DNA from: an uncultured Acidobacteriota bacterium | GTDB taxonomy: Bacteria > Acidobacteriota > UBA6911 | Assembly: GCA_963809485.1 (NCBI GenBank) | Contig: CAWEJX010000014.1 | Span: 27,753-91,752, forward strand | Direction of reading: 5' to 3' | Length of the DNA: 64,000 nt | Shown: piece by piece, positions 41,181-52,556 of the stretch | How the letters are laid out: every line of letters starts with the position of its first letter | Numbering within the stretch: the stretch's first letter is position 1 | Made by a program: the position numbers and the translations under genes | Notes under the pieces: model-generated | What the model was told of the DNA's origin: nothing | Database searches by the model: none | What the model saw: only the letters and a program-made list of their open reading frames with translations

Positions 41181-42248
41181 CTAACGACTGGCGGTTTCCG
41201 GTTTTGGGGCATAGTAGCCGCGGCGGTAGCGCAGCTGGCGCTTGGAATCATCCAGGCCGCGGATCTCGATCTTGACTCTGCGAAAGCTTCCGTCGCGGGC
41301 GGCATTGGATGAGAAATAGCCGATGCTGTATTGACTCCGAAGTTCGCTGGCGATCTCGGAGACGATACTGTGAATGTCCGTCACTTTGGACGGGAAAAAG
41401 GCCTTACCGCCGGTTTCCTCGGAGATACGCTCGAGCGCATCGTGGGCCTTTTCCGGAGCGGTTTTGGACCAGCGGCCGAAGAGCCCTTTTTCAGGGGCTG
41501 CGTTCAGAAAGCCTATGCAAAACACCTGAACGTCCGATTCCTGCACTTTGGAGACAAGCTCGTCGAGTTTGTAGTAGCTGTCGCGATCTTCTCCATCGGT
41601 GATGACCACGATCGCTTTCTTGGCCTTGACGCCCGATTGGGCCTTCTGGACGCCCAGATGAATGGCGTCGTACACCGCAGTGCCGCCCGTAACGACGATA
41701 TTTTCAAGAGAGTCCGTGACCTCATCGATGTCGCTGGTGTAGTCCTGCAGCAACTCCACTTCTTCATTGAAGCCGATCAAAAAAACCTGATCCTGAGGAT
41801 TGCTGGCCCGTATGAAGGCCAGGGCAGCCTTGTTTACCTGGTCGATCTTGCCCCGCATGCTTCCGCTCAGATCCATAAGAATGCCCATGCTGATGGGAAC
41901 GTCCTCCTGGGTGAAGGATGCTATCGACTGCTCGATGCCGTCCTCGAAAACTTTGAAATTATCCTTTTTGAGATCTCCCACAAAACGGTTGTTCTTATCG
42001 AACACGGAGGTGTACATCAAAACCAGATCAACATTGATCCCGATGGTGTAATCCTTCGGTTTTTCCTGAGGGGGGAGGGGAATCCTCGACTCCAGCTCCG
42101 GCTTGGTGGGACGGTTGCGCTCCCGATCTTGAGGTTTTTCTTGAGGATATAATGGGTAAATACTTATAGATGCAATAATAAATGTCAAACACAAACCAGC
42201 CCAGGTAGCGACGATGGGCCGCGCTCGGTGATCAGTTCTTTGGGGCAT
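41181..42248 (-). CDS. VWA-domain protein
   Basis: DLSGSM MIDAS, GGTAVYDA, ITDGED, ELRSQYSIGY. Confidence 0.9.
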   Translation of the reverse strand: MPQRTDHRARPIVATWAGLCLTFIIASISIYPLYPQEKPQDRERNRPTKPELESRIPLPPQEKPKDYTIGINVDLVLMYTSVFDKNNRFVGDLKKDNFKVFEDGIEQSIASFTQEDVPISMGILMDLSGSMRGKIDQVNKAALAFIRASNPQDQVFLIGFNEEVELLQDYTSDIDEVTDSLENIVVTGGTAVYDAIHLGVQKAQSGVKAKKAIVVITDGEDRDSYYKLDELVSKVQESDVQVFCIGFLNAAPEKGLFGRWSKTAPEKAHDALERISEETGGKAFFPSKVTDIHSIVSEIASELRSQYSIGYFSSNAARDGSFRRVKIEIRGLDDSKRQLRYRRGYYAPKPETASR

Positions 42249-43152
42249 AATAGCCTTCTTTTGCGTGGACGACCAGCTTGGGAAGGCCTTGAGGAGCATC
42301 CAGTTTGACTCTGATCCGGCGCCATTTCCCGTCATGAACTTTGTTGGTCGGCATATATCCCAGGACGTATTGATTGCGCAATTCCGCGTGCACCAAATCG
42401 ATGTAATAATCGAGCTCGTTGAAGCTGTTGGGGAAAAAGGATCGCCCGCCCGTGATGTTGACGATATTCTGGATCTCAAACCGGCCGTAGCCCAAATTGC
42501 CCTCTTCTCCGATACCGTAAATCTGGACGTCCGATTCCTTGGCAAACTCGCGGACTTCCCGCGGTGAGTAGCGGCTGCTGTTGTCTTCTCCGTCCGTGAT
42601 GAGGATCAGCGCCTTTTTCTCATTTTTGGCCTGCTGCACCTGCTCGAGACCCATGTAGACCGCGTCGTACAACGCGGTGCGCCCGCCGGGTTTCTGCATG
42701 GCCGCTTCGTTCTGCACTGTACTCTCGTCATCGGTGAAAGCCTGGACCAGCTTGGTCTTGTGGTTAAACGTGATCAGGAAAAACTCATCTTCAGGATTGC
42801 CGGATTGGAAGAAACGGGAAAGCGCCGTCTTGGCTTTCTTGATGTTGGCATTATCCTTCATGCTGCCGCTTACGTCGAAAATAAAGCCCACGCTGATGGG
42901 GGCCGATTGCTGGCTGAAATGGGTGACCGATTGCTCGATCTTGTCTTCGTAAACTTTGAAATGCTCTTTTTCCAGTCCCGTGACATAGCGGTTTAGGGGA
43001 TCCGTCACCGCAACTTTCAGGAACACCATTTCGACGCCGACCTTGAACAGCGGAGCCGTATTGGCAGCCTTTTTTTGGCCGGTATCATCAGAACTGATGA
43101 AGCTGGCTGTGGTAAAAAAGAATAGGGTTATTAGGCTTAAGGGCAGTTTCAC
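42232..43152 (-). CDS. VWA-domain protein
   Basis: DVSGSM, GRTALYDA, ITDGEDNSS, ELRNQYVLGY. Confidence 0.9.
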   Translation of the reverse strand: MKLPLSLITLFFFTTASFISSDDTGQKKAANTAPLFKVGVEMVFLKVAVTDPLNRYVTGLEKEHFKVYEDKIEQSVTHFSQQSAPISVGFIFDVSGSMKDNANIKKAKTALSRFFQSGNPEDEFFLITFNHKTKLVQAFTDDESTVQNEAAMQKPGGRTALYDAVYMGLEQVQQAKNEKKALILITDGEDNSSRYSPREVREFAKESDVQIYGIGEEGNLGYGRFEIQNIVNITGGRSFFPNSFNELDYYIDLVHAELRNQYVLGYMPTNKVHDGKWRRIRVKLDAPQGLPKLVVHAKEGYYAPKN

Positions 43153-43484
43153 TTATATGCCTCGTGCGCCAGGTCGCAACGATGCAAACCTATGTTCAGT
43201 TTAGCAGACGGATTGGGCAAGTCAAGGGTTGCGCCGGGCCCGAGAACATGAGCTTCAGGGACTATCATTTTCCAGTCACTGAGGATTAATTTCCCGACCT
43301 GTTTGATGCGGATGCTTCGGGGCATCGGTTTTTAGACGGTCTCCGGAGACTCGTCCTCCCCCAATCAACATCAAATGCTGAGAAAACAATATTTATTAAT
43401 ATTTTTTCAGCGTAAGTCAGCGTCTATCGGAGAAAGTCTGCGGAGACCCGTCCTCACGAAAAAACCGCAGGTGGAAGGGATGCG

Positions 43485-45722
43485 CTATTCGGAATTTAAC
43501 CGGTCCAGGAAATCCAGACCGACGAGGACCTCCCGCGGTTTGGATCCGTCGGCCGGGCCTACGAGGCCGTTATGAAACATCATGTCGATCAGTTTTGCGG
43601 CCCGGCCATATCCTATGCTCAGCCTCCTCTGGAGGAGGGAAGTCGAGGCCCGTCCTTCGCTGACGACCACCCGCACCGCCTGGTTGTACAGGCTGTCCTG
43701 GATGTTCGGGTCTATCGGATTTCCGGCCTCATCCATCTCCTCCTGCCCATAAGTAAGGACGGAATCGTCGTAGGTTGGCCGGCCCTGTTTACAGAGGTGT
43801 TCGACAATTTCCTGCGATTCCTTTTCGCTTACGTAGGCGCCGTGAATGCGCGTCAGCCGGGAAGTGCCCGGAGGAATGAACAGCATGTCGCCGTTGCCCA
43901 GCAACTGTTCCGCGCCGTTGCAGTCGATGATGGTCCGCGAATCGACTTTGGAGGCCACTTTGAAAGCGATCCGGCATGGGAAATTTGCCTTGATGATGCC
44001 GGTGATGACATCGACCGACGGGCGCTGCGTGGCGAGAATCAGGTGAATGCCGACCGCCCGGGCCATGGCGGCGAGGCGGGAGATTGCCTCTTCGACTTCC
44101 CTTGTAGATACCATCATCAAGTCGGCCAGCTCGTCGATGACCAGCACAAGGTAGGAAAGCGGCTTCTCATATTCACCCTCTGCGTCGTCATCGAGCAGTG
44201 AAAGCTGATGTCCCGAGGAGCGTATGAGGTTGTTGTACTGGTCGATATTTCTCACGCCGCGCAGAGCAAGTTTCTTGTAGCGCGTCTCCATCTCGCCGGT
44301 TGCCCAGCGCAAGGCGTTGGCCGCGTCTCCCGGATCCGTCACTATGGGAGTCAGAAGGTGCGGGATGTTCGCATAAATCCCGAGTTCCAGCCGTTTGGGA
44401 TCGATAAAAATGAACCGGACTTCTTCCGGGGCTGCCTTGTAAAGGATCGAGGTGATCATGCAGTTGAGCGCCACGCTCTTTCCGGACCCCGTAGCGCCGG
44501 CGATCAGCAGGTGGGGCATGCGCGTCAGGTCGGTTACAAAGGGATTGCCGTTGATCAGTTTCCCGAGCGCGAGCGTCAGCTTCGAGGAAGACTTGTGGAA
44601 AGTCTCCGAATCGATCAAGTCGCGCAGCATTATGAGTTCCCGGTGGCTGTTCGGGACCTCAATTCCCACCGTGGCTTTACCCGGAATCCTGTCTATTCGG
44701 ACCGACTCTGCCTTGATCCCGAGGCACAGATCGTCCACCAGGCTGGTGATTTTCGAATATTTGATCCCGGCATCCGGCTTGAACTCGAACGTAGTCACCA
44801 CCGGGCCTGGGTGGATCTGAGTGATGCTGCCGTTCACGTCGAATTCCGCGCATTTTTCGGAAATCATGCGCGCCCGCTCCATAAGATCCGCTTCGTTGAC
44901 CGGGAAAGGATTGTCCCCCGGCTTCAGCAAATCGATCGGCGGCAGAACGAATTTCCGCGCACGCGAGCGTTCCGCCGAAACAGGTAGGCGCGGCGTTTCC
45001 GGTTCGGGCAGAGGGACAGCGGCGGCTGAATTTCGGATTTCAGGCGGGAGGATGGGCTTAATCGGGACAGGCCGCGGCGTCAGATCCATGGGAGGCGGCG
45101 CCGGAGGTTTGATGTTGACGACGGTCCGCACTGGCTTGCGCCTTTCGCGCCAGTTGCGGAAGCGCTCCAGCAAGCCAGGCCCGGAGGGTGCGGACCTGCG
45201 GCGCAGCCGGGCGATCGAGTTTTCCAGCGTCAGGGAGGTGGATGCCAGGATGCCCAGTATCAATGCCCCTGCCAGCACGATGGCGGTGCCGGTTTTGTTC
45301 AGGTTCGGGACCAGCAGATCCAGGATCAGAACTCCGGTCACTCCGCCCGGCATGAAGTTGGTGTTCGGCAACTTGACAGGGAGCAACTGCAGCAGAGCGC
45401 AGGTGGCGGCGATCACGAGAAACAGGCCCAGAGTGCGGAGAAAAGGCTCGCGAATTTCCCGGCCCAAAATAAGCTTCCAGCTCAATATCCCGAGGGGCGC
45501 GAGCAGGAAAAAGGCCGGGAATCCGAATGTCTGAAACAGGAAATCGCTGACGTAGGCGCCCACTTTCCCGATCCTGTTATCTGCCGACAGCTTCAGGGAT
45601 AGTGCGTTGAAGCTGGAATCGTGAGGATTGTACGAAACCAGACAAAGCAGCAGCAGTAACGCGATGATTGCCAGCAGGAAACCCAAAACCTCATGCTTTT
45701 TTCTATTCACTTCGCCGGCCAT
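43485..45722 (-). CDS. ftsK: DNA translocase FtsK
   Basis: N-terminal TMs; GATGSGKS, IDELADLM, ATQRPSVDV; gamma domain LLQRRLSIGYGRAA. Confidence 0.97.
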   Translation of the reverse strand: MAGEVNRKKHEVLGFLLAIIALLLLLCLVSYNPHDSSFNALSLKLSADNRIGKVGAYVSDFLFQTFGFPAFFLLAPLGILSWKLILGREIREPFLRTLGLFLVIAATCALLQLLPVKLPNTNFMPGGVTGVLILDLLVPNLNKTGTAIVLAGALILGILASTSLTLENSIARLRRRSAPSGPGLLERFRNWRERRKPVRTVVNIKPPAPPPMDLTPRPVPIKPILPPEIRNSAAAVPLPEPETPRLPVSAERSRARKFVLPPIDLLKPGDNPFPVNEADLMERARMISEKCAEFDVNGSITQIHPGPVVTTFEFKPDAGIKYSKITSLVDDLCLGIKAESVRIDRIPGKATVGIEVPNSHRELIMLRDLIDSETFHKSSSKLTLALGKLINGNPFVTDLTRMPHLLIAGATGSGKSVALNCMITSILYKAAPEEVRFIFIDPKRLELGIYANIPHLLTPIVTDPGDAANALRWATGEMETRYKKLALRGVRNIDQYNNLIRSSGHQLSLLDDDAEGEYEKPLSYLVLVIDELADLMMVSTREVEEAISRLAAMARAVGIHLILATQRPSVDVITGIIKANFPCRIAFKVASKVDSRTIIDCNGAEQLLGNGDMLFIPPGTSRLTRIHGAYVSEKESQEIVEHLCKQGRPTYDDSVLTYGQEEMDEAGNPIDPNIQDSLYNQAVRVVVSEGRASTSLLQRRLSIGYGRAAKLIDMMFHNGLVGPADGSKPREVLVGLDFLDRLNSE

Positions 45723-45773
45723 GCCATTCCTTTAAGCTTCGATCGCCGATTCAAACGGTCCGGTTCAACGTTG

Positions 45774-45979
45774 ATTACATTGGTAAATCCCCGGCTCTGC
45801 CGGGGGACTCAAAGAGTTTGACAGCTCCGTATTTTGAAACGCTGAGAAAAGCGCTGACAAACGCCGGTTTGTTCGGCGAGGGTCGGCGTAAGTCAGCGTT
45901 CAAGACCGGCGTAACTCCTCCAACCGCTTTGAGCGGTTCAAATCTTTCAAGCCTCCGGCTTTGCCGGAGGTGCCTGACT
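45774..45979 (+). mobile_element. MITE-like element copy F (minimal core)
   Basis: Both hairpin ends complete, ends GGTGCCTGACT. Confidence 0.8.
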
Positions 45980-45991
45980 CAGCAGAACCCG

Positions 45992-47653
45992 TTAAATTTC
46001 GTATATCACCGGGACGATCATGGGCCGCGTCCCGGTCCGCTTGCGGAAATATCTCTTCAGCTCGGCCCGGATTGCTTCGCTGAGCACGGCGGCATCTCCG
46101 CGCTCTTCATCCGTGCATTCTTCGATCGCCTTGACGACTATCTGCCGGGCTTCCGCAAGGAACGCCGTCCCTCCCTCTTCCTGCAGGTGTCCCCGGCTGA
46201 CCACTTCAGGGGTGCCCTCGATGCTTCCCGTGGACCTGTTGACGGCAACAACGGCCAGCACAACCCCCTCTTCCGAGAGATGCTGCCGGTCGCGCACCAC
46301 AACCTCGTCCAGTTCCGCAATCCCTCCTTCGTCGATGAGCCTGCGGCCCACCTTAACCTTTCCTTCGATGGAGACACAATCCCTTTTTATGACGAGTACG
46401 TCGCCCGACTCCGCCAGAAGAATCCGCTCCCTGGGTATGCCGACTTCCCGGGCAAGGAGCGTATGGGCATAGAGCTGGCGGTATTCTCCATGAACGGGGA
46501 TGAAAAACATGGGGCGGATCAGGTTGAGCATGAGCTTCAGCTCTTCCTGGCTGGCGTGGCCCGACACATGCATCGTCCACTGGCTTTCGTCGTAGACCCT
46601 GGCGCCGCGGCGGCAGAAATGATTGACCAGGCGCGAGACAGGGCCCTCGTTGCCGGGAATGATCCGGGCGCTGATGATGATCGAGTCGTCTTCCTGAACC
46701 GTAAAATCCTTGTGCTTGCCGAAAGCCATGCGCGTCAGGGCGGCCATGGGTTCGCCCTGGCTGCCCGTGCAGAGAATCACAAGCCCGTCTTCCCCGATCG
46801 ACTGGGCTTCCGAAATGTCCGCCAGCACGTCCGGAGGAATCGTCAAGTAACCCAAATCGGCAGCGATCGAGATGTTTTCCTTCATGCTCCGGCCGACCGG
46901 CACTACGCGCCTTCCAAAATCCCTGGCCAGATCCAGGATTATCTGGATTCTGTGAATGCTCGATGCGAAACAGGCGACGATGATCTTCCTGCGGCTGGAA
47001 TAAAAAACCTGCTCGATATGGCGGCGCACATGGTTTTCGGACGGCGTGTAGCCGGGGCGCTCGCTGTTGGTGCTGTCGCTGAACAAAGCCACGACCCCCT
47101 GTTCGCCGAAATGCGCCAGGCGGGCATAGTCCGTCAGGCTCCGGTTCGGGGGCGACTGGTCCAGCTTGAAATCGCCTGTATGGATCACCGTTCCCACCGG
47201 CGTGCTGATCGCAAGGCCCACGCTGTCGGCGATGCTGTGCGTCATGCTGAGGATTTCCACGCGCAATGCGCCGAAATCCAGGACATCCCGCGGCTTGATG
47301 CCGATGAGCTCCGCGTCCTCCAGCACACCATGCTCCCGCATGCGTCCGCGCGCGAAACCCAGGGTAAGCGGTGTCCCGTAAACCGGGAGCTGAAGCTCTT
47401 TCAATAGATAGGGAAGCGCACCGATATGATCTTCATGCCCGTGGGTTAAAATCAGCGCGCGCACCATCTCCCTATTTTCGAGGAGATATGTGAAATCGGG
47501 GACCACCAGGTCGACGCCCAGCAGGTCGTCCCGCGGGAACATCAAGCCGGCATCGATCACGATGATGTCCTCGCCACAGCGAACCGCCATCGTGTTCATG
47601 CCGAATTCCCCAAGGCCGCCCAGGGGGATAACTTCCATCTGATCGAGAGTCAC
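45992..47653 (-). CDS. rnj: Ribonuclease J
   Basis: PLGGLGEFGMN, THGHEDHIG, HTGDFK, HVSGH, PVHGE. Confidence 0.95.
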   Translation of the reverse strand: MTLDQMEVIPLGGLGEFGMNTMAVRCGEDIIVIDAGLMFPRDDLLGVDLVVPDFTYLLENREMVRALILTHGHEDHIGALPYLLKELQLPVYGTPLTLGFARGRMREHGVLEDAELIGIKPRDVLDFGALRVEILSMTHSIADSVGLAISTPVGTVIHTGDFKLDQSPPNRSLTDYARLAHFGEQGVVALFSDSTNSERPGYTPSENHVRRHIEQVFYSSRRKIIVACFASSIHRIQIILDLARDFGRRVVPVGRSMKENISIAADLGYLTIPPDVLADISEAQSIGEDGLVILCTGSQGEPMAALTRMAFGKHKDFTVQEDDSIIISARIIPGNEGPVSRLVNHFCRRGARVYDESQWTMHVSGHASQEELKLMLNLIRPMFFIPVHGEYRQLYAHTLLAREVGIPRERILLAESGDVLVIKRDCVSIEGKVKVGRRLIDEGGIAELDEVVVRDRQHLSEEGVVLAVVAVNRSTGSIEGTPEVVSRGHLQEEGGTAFLAEARQIVVKAIEECTDEERGDAAVLSEAIRAELKRYFRKRTGTRPMIVPVIYEI

Positions 47654-47782
47654 TATGAACCTTTCCGGGATTTAACGGCGAAGTATAGCCCAGTACGCGG
47701 ACAGCCGCAACCCGGCCATCCGGGATAGCTGCTCGAACGGCCAGGCGCAAATCCTGGAATATCCGGCGTCGGGCAGCCGGCC

Positions 47783-48625
47783 CTACGCGAAATGATTGCC
47801 ATACACCACGGCGAGATGCTCATATTCCTGTACCGAGAGATCCTCGGCGCGGCGTGCGCCATCGATCCCGGCATGGTCCAGCAGAGCGCTTGAGATGGAT
47901 CCAAATTGCGGATGCCGCGCCAGTGAATTGGCCAGCGTCTTTCTTCGATAACTGAAGGCCGCCTTGGCCAGTTCCTCAAAAATGCTTTCGAGGTCCCGAA
48001 GCAAAAGAGAACTCCGCGGGTGCAACGAGAGGGTTGCCGAACTTACCTTCGGCCGCGGCACGAAGCAGGCGGGTGAAACTTTGAAGCCCATCTGGACTTC
48101 AGCATGGTGCTGGCAGTGCACCGACAGGAATCCGTAATCCCGCGAGCCGGGCTTGGCCAGGATGCGTTGGGCCACTTCCAGCTGCACCATGAAGAACATA
48201 TCCTCGATCTGCAGGCCTGCATGGAGCAACTCAGTTATGACTGCCGTTGCAATGTTATAGGGGAGATTTCCTGCCACCCTGAGCTTTTGCCCTTCGGGAA
48301 GATGAGAGGAGACTAATTTTTCCAAATCCAGTTGCAGGATGTCTCCGTGGATCAGGATTGCGGATTCGTAGGGTGCCAATGCGGATTCAAGCCGGGGGAT
48401 ACAGTCCCGGTCCACCTCAACGGCCAGGAGCCGGGAGACGCCGGGCGCAAGAGCGCGGGACAGCGCTCCATCCCCCGCGCCTATTTCAAGAAAAACGTCG
48501 CCGGGGGCAGGCTGGATCCACCGGACGATGCGGTCGATAACTCCCGTATCTCTAAGAAAATGCTGCCCAAAGCGCCTTTTCGGCTCCGGTTCATTAAACT
48601 TGACAAGGCGTATGCGCGCTCCCAT
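47783..48625 (-). CDS. rsmA: 16S rRNA dimethyladenosine transferase KsgA
   Basis: FGQHFL, EIGAGDG, GNLPYNI, F.PRPKV.S. Confidence 0.95.
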   Translation of the reverse strand: MGARIRLVKFNEPEPKRRFGQHFLRDTGVIDRIVRWIQPAPGDVFLEIGAGDGALSRALAPGVSRLLAVEVDRDCIPRLESALAPYESAILIHGDILQLDLEKLVSSHLPEGQKLRVAGNLPYNIATAVITELLHAGLQIEDMFFMVQLEVAQRILAKPGSRDYGFLSVHCQHHAEVQMGFKVSPACFVPRPKVSSATLSLHPRSSLLLRDLESIFEELAKAAFSYRRKTLANSLARHPQFGSISSALLDHAGIDGARRAEDLSVQEYEHLAVVYGNHFA

Positions 48626-48628
48626 AAT
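48600..48628 (+). promoter_or_regulatory. Candidate sigma70 promoter of trxA (TTGACA-17-CATAAT)
   Basis: Perfect -35, 17 bp spacer, near-consensus -10, 60 bp upstream of trxA. Confidence 0.6.
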
Positions 48629-48688
48629 ATCTCTCTATTTTAGAGGGGCAGGAGATCGCCTTCAATAACGTTTAGGAGAATTTGAAAC

Positions 48689-49015
48689 ATGAGCGGAAAA
48701 GTAGCAGAGGTCGGGGATCAAAATTTTGAAGCAGAGGTCCTGAATTCCAAAGTACCGGTCCTCGTTGACTTTTGGGCTGCCTGGTGCGCGCCATGCCGGA
48801 TGCTCGCTCCGGTTGTTGAATCCATCGCCGAACAATATGAGGGCAAAGCCAAGATAATGAAGTTGAACGTGGATGAAAACACTTTGACCTCGGGGAAGTA
48901 CAATATTAAAGGCATCCCAACTCTGCTGCTTTTCAAGGATGGAATCGTCAAGGAGCAAATCGTCGGCAACACCACCAAGGGCACGATCTCCAAGATGATC
49001 GATAACCACCTGTAG
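48689..49015 (+). CDS. trxA: Thioredoxin
   Basis: VDFWAAWCAPC, GIPTL; AGGAG RBS. Confidence 0.95.
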   Translation: MSGKVAEVGDQNFEAEVLNSKVPVLVDFWAAWCAPCRMLAPVVESIAEQYEGKAKIMKLNVDENTLTSGKYNIKGIPTLLLFKDGIVKEQIVGNTTKGTISKMIDNHL

Positions 49016-49155
49016 AACGGCGTCCGGTTTGCATGACGCCTTCCAATATTAAAGCAGGCATTTGCGTTGCCCGCGGATTCGTCCGATCTGATTGGCCTGC
49101 AGTATTGCTATTTACAGCATGCGGCGAAGGATTGTGCGCGTATTCCGTAGACTGA

Positions 49156-50502
<1,347 letters not shown>

Positions 50503-50911
50503 ACGGATTTGGCGACTCGTCTGCACCAAAACAGCGAAGATAGACACGAATCTCCAGAGCCATCCAGCGGGCGTAAAATATTTGCCCAACCTTTTTGAAC
50601 GGATCAAAGCCGATTAAGAGGATTGAAGGGTGCGTCCTGACCCTCAACTGCGCTCAGGTTGAAGAGAACCTCGGGAAATCCGTCCTGGTAACAACTTCGC
50701 AACTAAAACCCTTGTCTTGCATCAAATATATTTGTAGTACGGTGACGGCTGTGAAAAAATTGCATAAGAAAGAGGACAACAGAGAGAGATTCAGGGCGCA
50801 CGGGAGGAAATATATTTCAGGCATTTGATCCCGGTCGTCGATAATCAAATATGGATGGCCTGGTTGTTGACCCGGTTTCTGATGGCATTCTGGAAGAATG
50901 GCTGGTCTGAA

Positions 50912-51640
50912 ATGATTCGATCGAACGTTATCTGGCTTGCCCTTGCCTTCAGCATCCAATCCGGCATGGCCGAGGATTTTCGAAAAACCTACACGCTTCC
51001 GCCGGGCGGACAGATTCTCATCGGGAATATTTTGGGAAACGTTAAGGTCAAGGGGTATAAAGGGACCAGCATCGAAATCACAGCCCGCATAAAAGGCCCG
51101 GAGCGCGACCAGGTCGAGATTCAGGACCAGAGTTCCGGGAACCGTATCGATTTGCGTCCCATATATCCGCAGTTTCACTCGGGCAACACGACCGTGGATT
51201 TTGAAGTCCGAGTGCCCAGCTCAGTGGCTTACAACTTCAGCCGTCTTTCCTCCTTCAGCGGCGACGTGGAAGTGTCCAACGTGATGGGCGGACTCAGGGC
51301 AGAGAGCGTAAGGGGAAGTGTTGATGTGAAGGCCGTCCGCGGCATGGTGAGTGCCTCATCGGTCAGCGGGAATGTCCGCGTTGAAATCGATCAGGCCGAG
51401 GGCCGCAGCAACATGCGTTTTTCATCAATCAGCGGCAATATCAGCGTCCGGGCGCCGGCCGGATTGGACGCCCTGATCGATATGTCGAGCATGAGCGGGC
51501 TGCTCAAAACAGACTTCCCGATCGAGATCCAGGAGCGGCGCTACGGCCCCGGATTGTCGGCCCGCGGAAGACTGGGCAACGGAAAGCAGATCTTGCACAT
51601 AACATCGGTCTCCGGCATTGTCAGTCTGAACCAGCGGTGA
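50912..51640 (+). CDS. DUF4097-like secreted beta-repeat protein
   Basis: Signal peptide; repeats of S.SG.V/I (SFSGDV, SVSGNV, SISGNI, SMSG). Confidence 0.75.
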   Translation: MIRSNVIWLALAFSIQSGMAEDFRKTYTLPPGGQILIGNILGNVKVKGYKGTSIEITARIKGPERDQVEIQDQSSGNRIDLRPIYPQFHSGNTTVDFEVRVPSSVAYNFSRLSSFSGDVEVSNVMGGLRAESVRGSVDVKAVRGMVSASSVSGNVRVEIDQAEGRSNMRFSSISGNISVRAPAGLDALIDMSSMSGLLKTDFPIEIQERRYGPGLSARGRLGNGKQILHITSVSGIVSLNQR

Positions 51641-51782
51641 TTTGGCGCAATCGGGCCCGGATCCCCTCGAACTTTGAAGCATCTTTTCCCCGCTGTATGT
51701 TGGGGATAGATCCACGATAAATCTTCAGAACTGCCTTTGAAAGCGCCCTCAAGCATGCTAATCTTCCGGTCACCAAGAAGAT

Positions 51783-51858
51783 GGGCCGTTAGCTCAGTCG
51801 GCAGAGCATCTGCCTTTTAAGCAGAGGGTCGCTGGTTCGAGTCCAGCACGGCTCACCA
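51783..51858 (+). tRNA. tRNA-Lys(TTT)
   Basis: Cloverleaf GGGCCGT...TCTGC CT TTT AA GCAGA...GGTTCGAGTCC...ACGGCTC ACCA. Confidence 0.95.
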
Positions 51859-52215
51859 TCTAATCTTCATTTTTGCAATCACTTAAAGGATTCTTACTTT
51901 TCCCTGATTGCCTTCAAATGCGCAACTTTGTCTGGTTTTATGTCCAAAATTGTTCCAAACGCTGCGCTGCATCAGAAAAATCCGCTTCAGACGTCTGGGC
52001 AGATTCTCTGATACATTTTCCCTGCGTGTAATACTGCATCCACCAGATGACGATTTCGTGTTTCTGATCCTGCGTATCCTTATATTTTGGTCTGTATAGA
52101 GATCCCATTGCAGACCTCCGTTTCTACCGCCTTCAGGTGGTTGACCTTCATTGATGGTTAGCGGTTCTGGTACAATGCGGATAGCCATGCGTTGCGCTCC
52201 TTTCGCAATGCAGGG

Positions 52216-52365
52216 TTATTTCTTCAATTTGTTTTTCCTGAGATACTCGCGGAACAACTCGGTGGTAATCGCGCTCACGGTCCGGTTTTCGCGGATAGCT
52301 TGAATTTTCATTTCCGCAATTAGTTCCGCTTCTAATCTCATGTTGGAAACCTTTTTTGTGTCCAT
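52216..52365 (-). CDS. Small ribbon-helix-helix/CopG-like protein
   Basis: SNMRLEAELIAEMKIQAIRENRTVSAITTELFREYL fits the RHH beta-alpha-alpha pattern. Confidence 0.55.
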   Translation of the reverse strand: MDTKKVSNMRLEAELIAEMKIQAIRENRTVSAITTELFREYLRKNKLKK

Positions 52366-52556
52366 GCATGAAATTATATTTCTATATGTCATGCCTATTC
52401 GTCTGTGCGGCCCCAGGTTCAACGATTGGCAAGGGGCGAAGGGTCTACGCCCCCCGGAAAATCAGGAAAATGGATTTGTTCTTGTTTTGCTAAATGTAAT
52501 GTTCTATAAGTGTGCCAAATTCTGCTTTTCATCAAGTTCCATGAAGGGAGAAAACT

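Noticed and set aside
4422-45979. Repeat family as CRISPR or a known riboswitch
   Set aside because: Copies are dispersed with no repeat-spacer periodicity and no cas genes; orientation is unrelated to downstream genes
45668-47407. Long antisense ORFs (579 aa opposite rnj; also 5344-6702, 58178-59446, 11915-12982)
   Set aside because: Shadow frames of well-recognised genes in GC-rich DNA, with no motifs
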